Assembly (NCBI GenBank): GCA_026390695.1
Contig: JAPLFL010000101.1
Span: forward strand, 3,674 to 67,673
Direction of reading: 5' to 3'
Origin: Candidatus Kapaibacterium sp.
GTDB taxonomy: Bacteria > Bacteroidota > Ignavibacteria > Kapaibacteriales > UBA2268
Length of the DNA: 64,000 bases
This document shows, in pieces, positions 19,501-28,956 of the stretch. Numbering within the stretch: the first letter of the stretch is position 1; each line of letters begins with the position of its first letter. Made by a program: the position numbers and the translations under genes. Under the pieces are notes generated by a model that ran no database searches, had not been told where the DNA came from, and saw nothing but the letters and a program-made list of their open reading frames with translations.

Positions 19501-20885
19501 CAAAAATCATTAACGATTCAAGTGTAACCGTTCAATGGTCTAATCCTGGAACCGGAACAGTAAAATTAGTCAGGAAAAATCTTATTAGCGGATGCTCAGA
19601 TTCAAGTTTACAGTATATTACTATTAATCCCCAGCCGACGGTTACTGTTAATGGAAGTCTTCAGGTATGCAAAAATAGTGTAAGTGTCTATAAATGCAAT
19701 AATGTTGTTGGAACGGTAAATTCTTGGACTGTTACCGGCGGAAAAGTTGAGAGTACGATTGGAGATAGTATTGCAAATGTGTTGTGGGATAACATTGGCA
19801 AAGGAACTATAACCGTTATTAAAGTCAATGGATTAACGTCATGTAATGATTCAGCTGTAATAAATATTACTATTAATAGTAAGCCAGTTGCAACGATGAT
19901 GGGAGCCGTTTCTACTTGTGTGGGGACAACAGAAAATTATTCATCGACATTAACAGCCGGACAGACCACCCAATGGATTATAACAGGCGGGACTATTCTT
20001 GGGAATCCAACTGATCCAAATATCAAGATACTTTGGAATAATGCAGGGGCAGGGACTGTAAAACTAATAGTGAACGCTCTGGGCGATGGTTGTTCAGATA
20101 CTATTTCCAAATCAATAACGGTTAATCTTAAACCAATTCCACAATTAACTGGTAATTCAAGTGCATGCTTAAATGATTCGGTAACTTATAATTTTAATGG
20201 GGTTGCCGGAATTATATCTGATTTTATTTTAACAAATGGGAAAATTCTTTCAAAAACTTCAACCAGTTTACAAATCCAATGGAATCAAGTTGGTGCAGGA
20301 TCTATCAAACTTATTCAGACAAATGCCACGACGTCATGTAAGGATTCAATAACTTCCAATATAACGATTTATGATAATCCACCTAAGCCAACAATATCAC
20401 GTTCACTTGATACATTAATATCGAGTTCTGTTTCAGGAAATCAATGGTATATTGATGGTCAGAAATATAACGGAGCGACTTTTAGAATTTTTCTGCCTCC
20501 CATCAGAGGTTTAGTAACTTTAATAGTAACGAATCAGAATGGATGTGTTTCAGTGCGATCGGATGAATATAATTTCAGGCCGGGCTTAGTACAAGGTGAG
20601 ATAATTCTCTCTTTTATTGAAAATATAAGTATCTATCCTAATCCGGCAGATAAAATTGTAAATATAAGTTTCGATCTTAGTCACGATGAGATAATAAATA
20701 TTAAGATTCTGGATGTTTTAGGCAGAAATGTGAAGACATTTCCAAATATATTATACAATTCAGGTAAGATCAATTTAATCTGGGATTGCACAAACGGATC
20801 AAACACAAAAGTCGATGCGGGAGTATATCTTATAAATTTTGAAACAATATACGGGAAATATTCGCAAGCAGTGATTGTAAATTGA
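16551..20885 (+). CDS. Large secreted BNR/sortilin-like beta-propeller protein with several Ig/PKD-like repeats and a T9SS (Por) C-terminal sorting domain.
   Basis: Signal peptide; at least 10 S/TxDGGxxW BNR motifs; repeated ~90-aa Cys-containing Ig-like modules; type-A CTD at the C-terminus (IYPNPADKIVNISF...). Confidence 0.85.
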   Translation: MKKYSDILLIELVLLFFLVISSKLIAQPWVESLPQSERSNFNSIQQSFYDYEKLFDASHPEPMSKTKGSGYKIFKRWENFWQPRVSADGSFPNSNINQTELIKWNKNNHKQNKNNKLQSANWAPIGPSTSSGGYAGLGRVNCVRALGSAPSVIWAGAAAGGVWKSQNGGISWTCMLTNISSLGISDIGIDPTNSNHVYIATGDNDHSDTRSIGVYETSDGGASWNPTGLSFNESSYTLIYRLLIHPTTPNIIYASTSVGVYKTTNGGVNWSNISSYIGKDLEFKPGDPNTIYGSSNIVFRTTDGGTNWSQLTTGLPSSGIQRIAIAVTPANSAYIYALISNGNSGYLGMYRSTDAGNNWVSRSTSPNILDGTTNGSGSGGQAWYDLCIAVSNSNAELVFTGGVNIWKSTNGGQNWTINTMWYAYGSLPTVHADQHELFFIPGTSTLFNGNDGGVYRTTDYGSSWTWMGNDLQITQFYKLGITSNSPVMVIAGAQDNGTKLYNSGAWNDVNGGDGMECFIDFQNNSTMYCTTQNGSLNKSTDGGNNFFSIKGSIGENGAWVTPFLMSPSNNNVLFAGFVNVWRSANGGTSWSKISSFSGSSLSLVTVAPSNANYICAYVSSVINKTTNGGTAWTTIALPFAGSLTGLIYSQTDAQKMWATFSGYSSGNKVFYSSDGGNNWTNISANLPNVPVNCVVYQEGTSDIVFVGTDIGVFTYDPSIGSWQSFSDNMPSVVVDDLAYNYNTNTLYAATFGRGIWYSTVQVSQPISSSVLTSSLCSGTSLNVNYQIYSTYNSGNIFTAQLSDASGNFTSPVNIGTLTTTNAGTINATIPIATSTGTGYRVRVTSSNPSSVGTNNGSNIAISTAPNTVIRGKNVVCKGDIITFNTSAASGVNNLWSVTNAFESSSNYDTIYTVRFNTLGTCKVKLIQSVGTSCSDADSMIITVSERPNALINGELSVCNGSESIYTSAGASGFNSTWTINGGITKIINDSSVTVQWSNPGTGTVKLVRKNLISGCSDSSLQYITINPQPTVTVNGSLQVCKNSVSVYKCNNVVGTVNSWTVTGGKVESTIGDSIANVLWDNIGKGTITVIKVNGLTSCNDSAVINITINSKPVATMMGAVSTCVGTTENYSSTLTAGQTTQWIITGGTILGNPTDPNIKILWNNAGAGTVKLIVNALGDGCSDTISKSITVNLKPIPQLTGNSSACLNDSVTYNFNGVAGIISDFILTNGKILSKTSTSLQIQWNQVGAGSIKLIQTNATTSCKDSITSNITIYDNPPKPTISRSLDTLISSSVSGNQWYIDGQKYNGATFRIFLPPIRGLVTLIVTNQNGCVSVRSDEYNFRPGLVQGEIILSFIENISIYPNPADKIVNISFDLSHDEIINIKILDVLGRNVKTFPNILYNSGKINLIWDCTNGSNTKVDAGVYLINFETIYGKYSQAVIVN

Positions 20886-20920
20886 TGAAATAAAAAGATA
20901 TTGGAGAGGATAAGGAGTAA

Positions 20921-21255
20921 GATCGTTTCCTACTTGAAGGCTGTCATTCCTGCGTATGAGCCTGTGTGAAAACATCAATTTCTTGTCATTCCTGCGCATG
21001 CAGGAATCCCCTGATTGGCACTGGAAGGAGATTCCCGCATTCGAGCCTGTGTGAAAACATCAATTTCTTGTCATTCCTGCGCATGCAGGAATCCCCTGAT
21101 TGGCACTGGAAGGAGATTCCCGCATTCGAGCCTTGTGAAAACATCAATTTCTTGTCATTCCTGCGCATGCAGGAATCCCCTGATTGGCACTGGAAGGAGA
21201 TTCCCGCAGTGCGGGAATGACAAGAATTCCTAATTCATTAAGGAAATGATATAAA
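20921..21255. repeat. Three tandem ~85-bp copies of the palindromic element, with a composite flank ending TTAAGGAAATGATAT.
   Basis: Unit starts at 20962, 21047 and 21131; the core is GTCATTCCTGCGCATGCAGGAATCCCC. Confidence 0.8.
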
Positions 21256-21366
21256 AGTAGATTTAGGATACTGAATTTACTAATGTGAAATCTCTAAGTA
21301 TTAAAAAGAACTTCATTTAGTGATATTCTCTTCAATTTTTCATCATCCGTTTATTCGTGATTCACA

Positions 21367-22029
21367 CTATCTCTGCTCGGTATGGATTTCCTTTCCAAAT
21401 AGAGCTGAGGATTTCTGTTTAAAGCAGTCCCCGAATAAAAATACTACCAATATGATATACAATACAAAACCTATAAGGATTAGCCAATGTGCAGCTCCGG
21501 TTTTCTGAATTTCATGCCGCGATTTAATATCGCAAATTTCTCCAGGACAATGTTGAGCTTTTCCTTTATATATTAGATTATAAACTTTACACCCGATACA
21601 AATTCCAAACGCTGATTCAAAAAATAAAAAAATAAGACAGATCATGCAGATTATTCCGGTTATCGGGCTATAGGTATTCATTACAACAGAAAAGATAAAC
21701 ATTATGCTAACTAAAAATATTCCGATTATCCATGCGAATTTTTTCTGAACAGCCCCAACATATTCAGGTGTTTGATTTCTTACTATCAACCTGCCCAATA
21801 TCAAGGTAGGTGAAAATCTGGGATTGACTAAAACACGGATTAAAATATCCATAAAAAAAATTACTATTGCATATTTTAAGAGAACAAAATTTCCTCTCAT
21901 TGCTGCCTGAGACACTGCAATAAACATTAGTACAAATAACATTCCGGCAGCAGCACGTATTTCTCGTTCATTAAGCACTGGAATTGTGTATCCCTCAACG
22001 TCTTCACCAAATTTGAAAATTTTAGACAT
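21367..22029 (-). CDS. Polytopic membrane protein, possibly DUF4395 family.
   Basis: Four to five hydrophobic helices and a CxGCKVY...HCPGEIC cysteine cluster; the family assignment is from memory of DUF4395 N-termini (FGExVEGY...LNEREIRA). Confidence 0.45.
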   Translation of the reverse strand: MSKIFKFGEDVEGYTIPVLNEREIRAAAGMLFVLMFIAVSQAAMRGNFVLLKYAIVIFFMDILIRVLVNPRFSPTLILGRLIVRNQTPEYVGAVQKKFAWIIGIFLVSIMFIFSVVMNTYSPITGIICMICLIFLFFESAFGICIGCKVYNLIYKGKAQHCPGEICDIKSRHEIQKTGAAHWLILIGFVLYIILVVFLFGDCFKQKSSALFGKEIHTEQR

Positions 22030-22329
22030 TTTAAACTCCTTCGATAGATTTAGGTTTTATTTTTCATTAAAATCAATTTTTATAATAAAATCAGAATTTA
22101 AATTTGAATCCATAATATATCTATTTAATTGTTAATTATTTAATACAAAATTAGATAATTTTTGGTTAAAGTGCAAATAAATTGTAATATTGGGATTAGG
22201 TCTATGGATTTGAAACCGCTTATTGCATGATTTCGGGTTTACATTTGAGTGTTTTCTTATGCTTTTCAAACATCTTCTATAATATTGTGTAATTAAATAT
22301 TGTGATAATTTACAAATTGATAATTTATT

Positions 22330-22360
22330 GTCAAAAATAATTCGTAAATTTGTATAAGTG
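22330..22360 (+). promoter_or_regulatory. Candidate Bacteroidetes-type sigma-A promoter (-7 TAAATTTG, matching TAnnTTTG).
   Basis: TAAATTTG at ~22347-22354, with TTG ~19 bp upstream, in the AT-rich spacer before the cytochrome-like gene. Confidence 0.3.
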
Positions 22361-22391
22361 GATTTTTGTATTTGAAAATTTAGGTGTTCTG

Positions 22392-23570
22392 ATGAAAATA
22401 TTTTATTCTCTTATGTTGCTGGTACTGGTAGCTACTATCGCCGTATTCAGTATTAATAACAATTTAGCTCTCAGCAACGATAGAACTTTGATAAACGCTA
22501 CAGATTCAATATGCTTCAATAAAGATATTTTTCCTCTGTTTTATTCTTACTGCGCAACCAGTGGCTGCCATGACGCAGTTACCAAGAAAAAAGGAGTAAA
22601 TGTCACTTCATATACTTTAATAATGAGAGGAATTCAGGCAGGTAATCCAAACTCAAGCTCTTATTATACCGAAATGTTCGATGGAATGCCACCAAACGGA
22701 TATCCTCAAATGTCCGCTGCCCAACTCAACATAATTCAAAACTGGATTCTTAACGGAGCAAAAAATGATTCTTGTCAAACAAAAAATTGTGACACTACAA
22801 ATATAACTGTCTCAGGTACAATCCAATCAATTGTAAAGACTTATTGCATCGGTTGCCACTTTAATAACAAAGGAGGCGGAGGTATAAATTTAAGCACTGA
22901 TCAGTTTATCAAAGATAATTCTATCGCAATTTATGGCTCAGTTTATCACTTGAATGGATTTAAACCAATGCCACCAATTGGATTGGTCGATGATTGCAAT
23001 AAATTAAAAATCAAACTATGGGCTAATGCCGCAAACAGTACTCCATGCGATTCTTCAAACGTTACTTATTCAAAATCCATTCAACCGATTTTACAAAAAT
23101 ATTGCGTAAGTTGCCACAATTCAACAACTACCAAAGCAGGATTAAATTTTACGATCCAAGCACAGGTTCAAACAAATATTGACAGAATCCACGGAGCCAT
23201 CTTTCATTTAGACGGATATTCTCCAATGCCCCCAGATTCTTCAATTATTGTTGATCCATGTTCCTTGGCTCTGGTAAGAATATTTGCCTCTAAATCAGGT
23301 GTTCAACAATATGATAACAGCAGTTTTTCTGTTAGACCTAATCCATCGAACGGAAGTTTTAGCTTTATTTTACCTAACACAATACTACCGGACTTTTCAA
23401 TAGAAATTATTGATCAGACTGGATCAATAGTGGATATTATTAATTCCGAAAATTGCAATTCCAAAAGTTCTGATATAAGATATAGCAAAGAATTAGCACA
23501 GGGATTATATTTTGCAAGATTGCGTTCCGGAAATGATGTGTTTTACAGAAAATTTTTAATAATAAAATAA
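22392..23570 (+). CDS. Secreted triple PSCyt1-like (Planctomycete cytochrome C domain) c-type-cytochrome-like protein with a T9SS C-terminal sorting domain.
   Basis: Signal peptide MKIFYSLMLLVLVATIAVFS. There are three ~75-aa repeats, each with a heme motif (CATSGCH, CIGCH, CVSCH) followed by GG(I/L)N(L/F) and ...MPP...(L/I)xxWxxxGA. The CTD reads RPNPSNGSFSFILP...YFARL. The ORF-track start at 22350 is probably an upstream extension. Confidence 0.65.
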   Translation: MKIFYSLMLLVLVATIAVFSINNNLALSNDRTLINATDSICFNKDIFPLFYSYCATSGCHDAVTKKKGVNVTSYTLIMRGIQAGNPNSSSYYTEMFDGMPPNGYPQMSAAQLNIIQNWILNGAKNDSCQTKNCDTTNITVSGTIQSIVKTYCIGCHFNNKGGGGINLSTDQFIKDNSIAIYGSVYHLNGFKPMPPIGLVDDCNKLKIKLWANAANSTPCDSSNVTYSKSIQPILQKYCVSCHNSTTTKAGLNFTIQAQVQTNIDRIHGAIFHLDGYSPMPPDSSIIVDPCSLALVRIFASKSGVQQYDNSSFSVRPNPSNGSFSFILPNTILPDFSIEIIDQTGSIVDIINSENCNSKSSDIRYSKELAQGLYFARLRSGNDVFYRKFLIIK

Positions 23571-23602
23571 ACATAAACTTTATAAACTGTTTACTCCAAC
23601 CG

Positions 23603-24739
23603 ATGGCAGGTATATATATACACTATCCTTATTGCCAGAAGAAATGCTTCTATTGCGATTTTTTTAGTGTTACCGACAAAAGCTCTGACAATAAATTTAT
23701 TGCTGCCCTGTTAAAGGAGATTGAAAATAAAACTGTGTGCCAACGAGAAATGCCACCTGCCGATACTATATATTTAGGTGGTGGCACTCCATCTCTTCTT
23801 TCTGTTAAAAATCTCGAAAAAGTACTAAACAAACTTCATAATAACTTTAATATTGTTTCAAATGCAGAAATTACATTAGAAGCAAATCCGGGAACATTAA
23901 CAAAACAAAAGATTAATGAATTTCTCACCCTTGGTATAAACCGTTTAAGCATTGGAATACAAAGTTTTAATAATGATGAACTGATTTTTCTACAACGAAT
24001 TCACAATGCTGCTACTGCAAAACAAGCAATCAACGATGCAATCGATGCTGGATTTGAAAATATTAGCATTGATCTTATTTTTTCGATTCCAAATCAAACA
24101 AAAGAGCTGCTTAAATACTCCCTTGAAACAGCTGTGGATTTTCCTATTCAGCATATTTCTGCTTATAGCTTGATTTTTGAACCTCAAACGCCTCTTTACG
24201 ATGCTATGGAGAAAGGTGAAATAATTCCAATGCCCGAAGATGATGATTCTGATTTGTATGCTTATCTAATTGAGTTCCTTGGAGAAAATGGTTTCGAGCA
24301 ATATGAGGTATCTAACTTCGCTCGAAATGGAAATAAAAGCAAACACAATCTAAATTATTGGAATAATGGTGAGTTTTATGCGTTTGGACCATCTGCTGCG
24401 GGATATGTAGGAGGATATAGATATAAGAATTTCTCAGATATTGACAAATATATTGAATATATAGATAATAATGAATCTCCTGAAGAATATCGGGAAGAAA
24501 TTACTTCTGAGAAAGTCCAACAAGAACAAATTTTTCTGCCCCTGCGAGCTGAGGGAATATCTTTTGAGATTATTAATTCAGTAAATGATGAAAAGAAAAA
24601 TACTAAAGCAATGAATTTTATCAAAGAATTAATGGATCATAATTTAATGATAAGCAAAGATAATCGCTTTAAACTCACTTCTAAAGGCTACATGATCTGT
24701 GATGAAATCACCGCAAGGCTAATGAATATCATTTTCTAA
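23603..24739 (+). CDS. hemW: Radical-SAM heme chaperone HemW (HemN-like coproporphyrinogen dehydrogenase family).
   Basis: YIHYPYCQKKCFYCDF CxxxCxxC radical-SAM motif; GGGTPS; HemN C-terminal-like domain. Confidence 0.85.
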   Translation: MAGIYIHYPYCQKKCFYCDFFSVTDKSSDNKFIAALLKEIENKTVCQREMPPADTIYLGGGTPSLLSVKNLEKVLNKLHNNFNIVSNAEITLEANPGTLTKQKINEFLTLGINRLSIGIQSFNNDELIFLQRIHNAATAKQAINDAIDAGFENISIDLIFSIPNQTKELLKYSLETAVDFPIQHISAYSLIFEPQTPLYDAMEKGEIIPMPEDDDSDLYAYLIEFLGENGFEQYEVSNFARNGNKSKHNLNYWNNGEFYAFGPSAAGYVGGYRYKNFSDIDKYIEYIDNNESPEEYREEITSEKVQQEQIFLPLRAEGISFEIINSVNDEKKNTKAMNFIKELMDHNLMISKDNRFKLTSKGYMICDEITARLMNIIF

Positions 24740-25708
24740 AATTTTAACTACTAAATCCACAGCTTTTTCCCAATTTGCCTTATTTACTAAAACTGATTGC
24801 TCAACTAAAGGATTTAAAAATAAAGTTTTGGCTGCTTCGTAATCCCTTTGCATCAGTTTCGTCGTCGCTAAAATATATAATCGCATTCCTTCAAGGTTAT
24901 TATCATCAGAGTTAAAGGCAAGCCAATGATTTATTTCCGCATATTGGTCATTTGCAAGGCATATTTGGGCAAGTCTGATTAGTGTTCTCTGAATCTGATC
25001 AGCTGATAATTGTGCTGAATCTGTTATCTGATTATATAATCTATACGCTTCATCATTATTTGCAAGCGCAAACTCCGTTTCTGCTAAATGGTATTTCAAC
25101 CAATCATCTCCGGGATTCATTTTTATTTCATTTAACAGCATTTCACGATTTCTTTCGCCCTTTTCTCTTTGATTTGAGGAATATCCATAATGATAAATTT
25201 TAATTTCTGTATCAATTATATCATATCCCGCTTCTTCAATCGACGGTCGAATTTGTTCGTGGATCGTTCCGGTGAATTTAAACGCCGGATTATTCCTAAA
25301 TATACGTGTATATCTATGCTCAGTTTCAATTAAACTATCGCTATCCTTCATTATATTTATAAGTCGGACATTTATTGCATGATTATTTGGATTTTTTAAT
25401 AATTCTAAATGCTCTTTTATTGAATCTAATTCAATTGCTTCATCAGAATCGAGTATAATCACCCAATTGCAACGACATAATCTTAGTGCATAATTCCTTG
25501 TAGCAGAAAAATCATTCACCCACTTATAAAAATGAACTTCCGCACCTAATCTTGTACATATTGCAACAGTATTATCGGTCGATCCGGTATCAACTACAAC
25601 AATTTGCGTTACTAATTCCTTCATCGAATTGATAGCTCTGCCAATAGTAGCTTCATTATTCTTGGCTAAAATTATAATTGAAATAGTTGCTTTAGTTGCT
25701 GTTTTCAT
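24719..25708 (-). CDS. Family-2 glycosyltransferase with a C-terminal TPR-like region. Its 3' end overlaps hemW by 21 bp convergently.
   Basis: IIILAKNNEATIGRAINS...VVVDTGSTDNT...ILDSDE DxD-type GT2 signature. Confidence 0.75.
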   Translation of the reverse strand: MKTATKATISIIILAKNNEATIGRAINSMKELVTQIVVVDTGSTDNTVAICTRLGAEVHFYKWVNDFSATRNYALRLCRCNWVIILDSDEAIELDSIKEHLELLKNPNNHAINVRLINIMKDSDSLIETEHRYTRIFRNNPAFKFTGTIHEQIRPSIEEAGYDIIDTEIKIYHYGYSSNQREKGERNREMLLNEIKMNPGDDWLKYHLAETEFALANNDEAYRLYNQITDSAQLSADQIQRTLIRLAQICLANDQYAEINHWLAFNSDDNNLEGMRLYILATTKLMQRDYEAAKTLFLNPLVEQSVLVNKANWEKAVDLVVKILENDIH

Positions 25709-25855
25709 TTTTAATAAATTTGATTATATTTTTATTCTATGTGAAGCGGAGATTTCTTATTATTTGATTATTTTATATTCTCCGCTTCCTATAGAATGAC
25801 GTTTTTATGCAATATTTATTGTGATTTAATTACTTATTCTACAAATTTATTCACT

Positions 25856-26782
25856 TTATTCTAATCCAAGAGATACCGGAAGTTCATTTGACCACTCACC
25901 GCTACCATTATCATTGGTTCCACGGCAACGATATAGCCAATCTCCAATACCAGGATTATGCATAATTAATAATTCAGCACCTGAATAAGCATTCGTCCAA
26001 TCGGGAACTGGTCCTGATGGATTTAAAGATTTATATTCTAACTCGTAAGCATTTGCTGAAGCGGCTGGATTCCAACTTGCAGTGAATGTGGCATTATCAT
26101 AAGTTAATCCCTGTACCTTTGAAGGCAGATCAGGAGTTGTTCGATAAATTATATAATCATTATACTTGGCTTCATCAACATTTTCCCAGATTAATTTACC
26201 TATTTTGCAATATTGAGTAATGTATGAAAACAGTTCATTACCTTTCTGTGTGCGTTCGACAGTTTTTGAATCACGTAATTGCTTTTTAGTATTGATGTCA
26301 ATTATTTTATCTTCAATATCTCCTGTATTTGAGGTCAAATCAACTAATAAAGTTGTCGTTAAACCAATTGCTGAGAGGTCAGCAAAATAAGCAGATGCCT
26401 GAGCAGCAACATTACGGGCTGTTAGAATAAAATTTCCATCTGAGAAATTATGAAATCCCTTAATTCTAAGACTTGAATACTTCCCAGAATTAGTTCCATA
26501 CTTCTGTTCAAAGAACCCAGAAACAGTTTGAATCTCTGTTGTTAAAGTATCTCGTAAAGCCTTCTTCTCGGAAGCTTCATCCTTAATCTCGCCAATATAA
26601 ACTTCATCCGGTGGAACAGCATCAAAGGCGGTTTTCAATACTGATAAAGCTGTTATATCTCCAGAATCAACACCACGAGTTGCAAATTGGGTTGAATCTC
26701 TTGTCATATTAGCAATAATTTTTGCTGCTAATATACTTAATTCTGCATTAGACATCGAATAATCTCGATTAATCTCTTTCAT
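25856..26782 (-). CDS. Hypothetical protein with a C-terminal fibronectin-III-like domain. It is paralogous to 61146-62111 and 48464-49072.
   Basis: Shares KGNELFSYITQYCKIGKLIWEN with the 61146 gene (KGNELYALVTKYCNIGKMIWEN); FN3-like tail (SWNPAASANAYELEYKS...). The true start is possibly the internal MSNAEL at 26755. Confidence 0.6.
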   Translation of the reverse strand: MKEINRDYSMSNAELSILAAKIIANMTRDSTQFATRGVDSGDITALSVLKTAFDAVPPDEVYIGEIKDEASEKKALRDTLTTEIQTVSGFFEQKYGTNSGKYSSLRIKGFHNFSDGNFILTARNVAAQASAYFADLSAIGLTTTLLVDLTSNTGDIEDKIIDINTKKQLRDSKTVERTQKGNELFSYITQYCKIGKLIWENVDEAKYNDYIIYRTTPDLPSKVQGLTYDNATFTASWNPAASANAYELEYKSLNPSGPVPDWTNAYSGAELLIMHNPGIGDWLYRCRGTNDNGSGEWSNELPVSLGLE

Positions 26783-26860
26783 TATAGTACCCTTCTCTAA
26801 TATATTGGAAAATAAAACAATTACTGCATCTATTATATAAATTTATATTTACTTTAAAGC

Positions 26861-27007
26861 GGTTTAATGATCCCTTAAAACAGTTTATTGATCTCTTGAA
26901 ACAGTTTATTGATCTCTTGAAACAGTTTATTGATCTCTTGAAACAGTTTATTGATCTCTTGAAACAGTTTATTGATCTCTTGAAACAGTTTATTGATCTC
27001 TTAAACG
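26861..27007. repeat. Tandem direct repeat, 7 x 21 bp (CAGTTTATTGATCTCTTGAAA), ~80 bp upstream of the 25856-26782 gene.
   Basis: Read directly: six perfect copies plus one degenerate copy. Confidence 0.9.
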
Positions 27008-27270
27008 CATAATAGATTAATATATTCTCTTCGATTAATAATAAACTTAACATAATATATTAATTATTGATCTAATAAATATTTTATTATATTGATTCTT
27101 TGCTGCCATTGTTCTTGTAGATTATTTTATTTAATTAGTAATATCAAAAATTTATATAATAAATAATTTCATACATCCAGCAATTACAAATATAATAAAA
27201 AATAATGGTATTATCAAGTATAATTTTAAAATAATTTAATATATTTGTGGGAAAATAGAATAATATTCAC

Positions 27271-27321
27271 TTCGACTTCGCTCAGTGAACTGTATAGCTC
27301 ATTGAGCGCAGTCGTAATGAG
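27271..27321. repeat. Conserved ~50-nt hairpin element (TCGACTTCGCTCA...TGAGCGCAGTCG). A second copy is at 62581-62634.
   Basis: A 13-bp inverted repeat with a ~18-nt loop, with 80-85% identity to the 62581 copy. Confidence 0.65.
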
Positions 27322-27410
27322 ATTAATATAATTATATTTCACTTTATATTTTATATAAAAAGTGTTCAGAATGACTGAAAATGAGGTTAGATTGTAAGGA
27401 AAATAAGAAA

Positions 27411-27655
27411 ATCCCCATTGAATCCCATTTAGGAAAGGGGGAAACTTGGAAAATCCCCCTTAGTCCCCCTTTTTCAAAGGGGGAAACTTGGAAAAACTAC
27501 CTTAATCCCCCTTTTATAAAGGGGGAAACTTGGAAAATCCCTCTTAATCCCCATTTAGGAAAGGGGGAAACTTGGAAAATCCCCCTTAATCCCCCTTTTT
27601 CAAAGGGGGAAACTTGGAAAATCTCTCTTGATTCCCATTTAGGAAAGGGGGATTG
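27411..27655. repeat. About 6 tandem 41-42-bp units, each encoding a CCCCC-UUUUCAAA-GGGGG hairpin plus AACTTGGAAAA. The array is at the 3' end of the Nramp-related gene.
   Basis: Read directly; GC-clamp palindromes stand out in the AT-rich context. Confidence 0.85.
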
Positions 27656-28956
27656 AATAGGAGAATTGCTGTTAATCCTATTAGAATTGTTATTGTAGTC
27701 CAACCTACAATGTTGTTAAATGGCTTATTTATGTATTTGCCCATTATTTCTTTGTCGTTGACAAGTAGTATCATGCAGACTAATACTACGGGTAGGAGCA
27801 CTCCGTTTAGCACTTGTGACCAAATACTGATTAAAATTAATGGGGCATTGGGGATAAGGATTATCAGTGCTGAAATAATTAGTATTGCGGTATATAAAAA
27901 GTAGAATTGTGGTGCTTCGTTCATCTTTTTATCAATTCCGGCTTCAAATCCAAATGCTTCGCAGACGTAGAAAGCTGTTGCAAGTGGTAGAATAGTGGCG
28001 GAAAAGATGGATGCGACTAATAATCCGAATGCAAATACATATTTGGCGAAGGCTCCGGCAAGTGGTTCTAATGCAATTGCTGCGTCACTTGCTTCATTTA
28101 TGACAACATGGTGTGGAAATAGTGTTGATCCGCATGCAACTATAATGAAAAATGCCACAACTACTGTTGCAATGCATCCAACAACTATATCCATTATTGT
28201 ATATTTGTAATCTTCTATCTTTAATTTCTTTTCAATGACCGCAGATTGCATGTAAAATTGCATCCAAGGTGCAATAGTTGTGCCAATTATGCCTATAACG
28301 ATGGTAATATATGAAAAACTCATTTCAACTTTGGGATGAATGATGGCAGTTCCTATTTCTCCCCAGTCAGGTTTGCCCATAATTGCTGATATTACGTAAG
28401 AAAGGAGGAAAACTGAGAAAATAAGGAATATTCTTTCTGCTATCCGGTATGTACCTTTGACTACAAGGAACCAAACTGCTGCTGCAACGATGGGTACAGC
28501 TATGTATTTGCTTACTCCGAATACTTGCATAGCGCCCGCAACTCCAGCAAATTCCGTAGTTGTGTTTCCAATGTCTGCAATTAGTAATCCAACGAATATA
28601 AAGAAGGTTACTTTGACTCCTGAATTTTCCCGAATGAGGTCAGCTAATCCTTTCCCGGTTACAATTCCCATTCGGGCGTTCATTTCTTGTATTACAAGGA
28701 GTGCAATGAATGATGGAATTAGTGTCCAGAGTAGCGCATAGCCGTATTTAGCACCTGCAACGGAGTAGGTTGTGATTCCGCCGGCGTCATTATCGACTGA
28801 ACCGGTAATAATACCTGGTCCGAGGATTGCCAGAAAGAAAATAATGTTTCGCCAGATTGATTTTCTTCTTAATTTAAACATATAAATCCTCTCATTTCTT
28901 ATTTTAATTGTGTAGGATTGGCGATAATGGGAAATCCCTCCAAGCCCCTTTTTCAA
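27586..28956 (-). CDS. Nramp/SLC11-family transporter with a non-canonical metal site (Nramp-related, possibly an Mg2+/hard-cation transporter).
   Basis: 11-12 TM helices with the Nramp consensus region GPGIITGSVDNDAGG (TM1) and GTTIAPWMQF (TM6). The canonical DPGN Asn is replaced by Gly and the canonical MPH Met by Ala. Confidence 0.75.
   Translation of the reverse strand: MKKGLGGISHYRQSYTIKIRNERIYMFKLRRKSIWRNIIFFLAILGPGIITGSVDNDAGGITTYSVAGAKYGYALLWTLIPSFIALLVIQEMNARMGIVTGKGLADLIRENSGVKVTFFIFVGLLIADIGNTTTEFAGVAGAMQVFGVSKYIAVPIVAAAVWFLVVKGTYRIAERIFLIFSVFLLSYVISAIMGKPDWGEIGTAIIHPKVEMSFSYITIVIGIIGTTIAPWMQFYMQSAVIEKKLKIEDYKYTIMDIVVGCIATVVVAFFIIVACGSTLFPHHVVINEASDAAIALEPLAGAFAKYVFAFGLLVASIFSATILPLATAFYVCEAFGFEAGIDKKMNEAPQFYFLYTAILIISALIILIPNAPLILISIWSQVLNGVLLPVVLVCMILLVNDKEIMGKYINKPFNNIVGWTTITILIGLTAILLFNPPFLNGNQERFSKFPPLKKGD

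Noticed and set aside
25856-26782. A DGR (diversity-generating retroelement) target interpretation for the FN3-tailed paralogs.
   Set aside because: There is no reverse transcriptase, template repeat or variable-repeat pair with adenine-specific mismatches in the window.
26861-27007. CRISPR array interpretation of the 21-bp tandem repeats (also at 14378, 48210, 62322).
   Set aside because: The repeats are strictly contiguous with no unique spacers (the unit equals the period), there are no cas genes in the window, and the arrays sit precisely upstream of start codons.
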